From contig OY821641.1 of NCBI GenBank assembly GCA_963555995.3, forward strand, positions 2,912,001-2,976,000: a stretch of DNA of 64,000 nucleotides. The letters run 5' to 3'. The translations under genes and the position numbers were made by a program. Below, one piece after another: positions 63,430 through 64,000 of the stretch (the stretch's first letter is position 1; every line of letters begins with the position of its first letter). The notes beneath the pieces were generated by a model that saw only the letters and a program-made list of their open reading frames with translations, did no database searches and had not been told where the DNA came from. The stretch comes from Vicinamibacteria bacterium. GTDB lineage: Bacteria; Acidobacteriota; Vicinamibacteria; Marinacidobacterales; Marinacidobacteraceae.

Positions 63430-64000
63430 CTACAACGTCTGCCGGGCGGCTGCGATCTGCGTGCGGATGTCGCCGGGGCCGCCGCGGATGGAGCGGCGGT
63501 TGACGGACGCCCGGTAGTCCCAGACGGTCTTCACGTCGTCTTCGAACGCCGGGGCGAACCCGCGCAGGGTGGCGAGATCCAGGTCGGGCGGCTCGACGGA
63601 CTCCCGGTCGCAGTGGGCGAAGACCTCGCCGGCGACCCGGTGGGCGTCGCGGAACGGCAGACCCCGTTCGACGAGGTATTCCGCGAGGTCCGTCGCGAGG
63701 AGGTCCCAGGAGAGCGCGGCGCGCATTCGCGCTTCGGAGATCTCCATCGTCCCGATCGTCCCTTCGGCGACGGGGAGCGCGAGCTGGAGCGTGTCCAGGG
63801 TGTCGAAGCAGGGCTCCTTGTCTTCCTGGAGATCCCGCTGGTAGCCGGAGGCGAGTCCCTTCCCCACGGTGAGGAGCGCCACCAGGTTGCCGATCAGCCG
63901 GCCGGCCTTCCCGCGGATCAGCTCGCAGCCGTCGGGGTTGCGCTTCTGGGGCATGAGGCTCGACCCCGTGGACCAGGCGTCGCCGAGACGCACGAAGCCG
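63430..64000 (-). CDS. argH: Argininosuccinate lyase (5' end outside window)
   Basis: STGSSLMPQKRNPD, DLQEDK, ATDLAEYLV, PFRDAH. Confidence 0.96.
   Translation of the reverse strand, partial: GFVRLGDAWSTGSSLMPQKRNPDGCELIRGKAGRLIGNLVALLTVGKGLASGYQRDLQEDKEPCFDTLDTLQLALPVAEGTIGTMEISEARMRAALSWDLLATDLAEYLVERGLPFRDAHRVAGEVFAHCDRESVEPPDLDLATLRGFAPAFEDDVKTVWDYRASVNRRSIRGGPGDIRTQIAAARQTL

Overview
High-GC chromosomal window, probably Acidobacteriota (16S 5' signature ...GCTCAGAATCAACG; Oar-like TonB receptors; ASPIC/UnbV protein). Core content is a complete minus-strand rRNA operon (16S, tRNA-Ile, tRNA-Ala, 23S, 5S), tyrS, purN, purM, a partial argH, and many exported hydrolases and PQQ/PLP enzymes. 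An accessory zone at about 3.8-19.6 kb holds a low-GC nuclease-like gene, a GmrSD-type (DUF262-DUF1524) gene split by an intact IS256, two PIN toxin-antitoxin pairs, a methyltransferase/Mrr-like fusion next to an IS1595-like remnant, and a three-module AAA+ ATPase. The least explained signal is two non-coding repeat arrays (11944-12293 and 57477-57847). They share the core TGAC(A/C)GGAGCT, and each has two repeat clusters around a spacer with ~10-bp-phased A/T tracts. The first lies directly upstream of a gene for a putative membrane-associated winged-helix protein. A REP/REPIN-like palindrome family is scattered through intergenic regions. All calls come from reading motifs by eye; no database searches were run.
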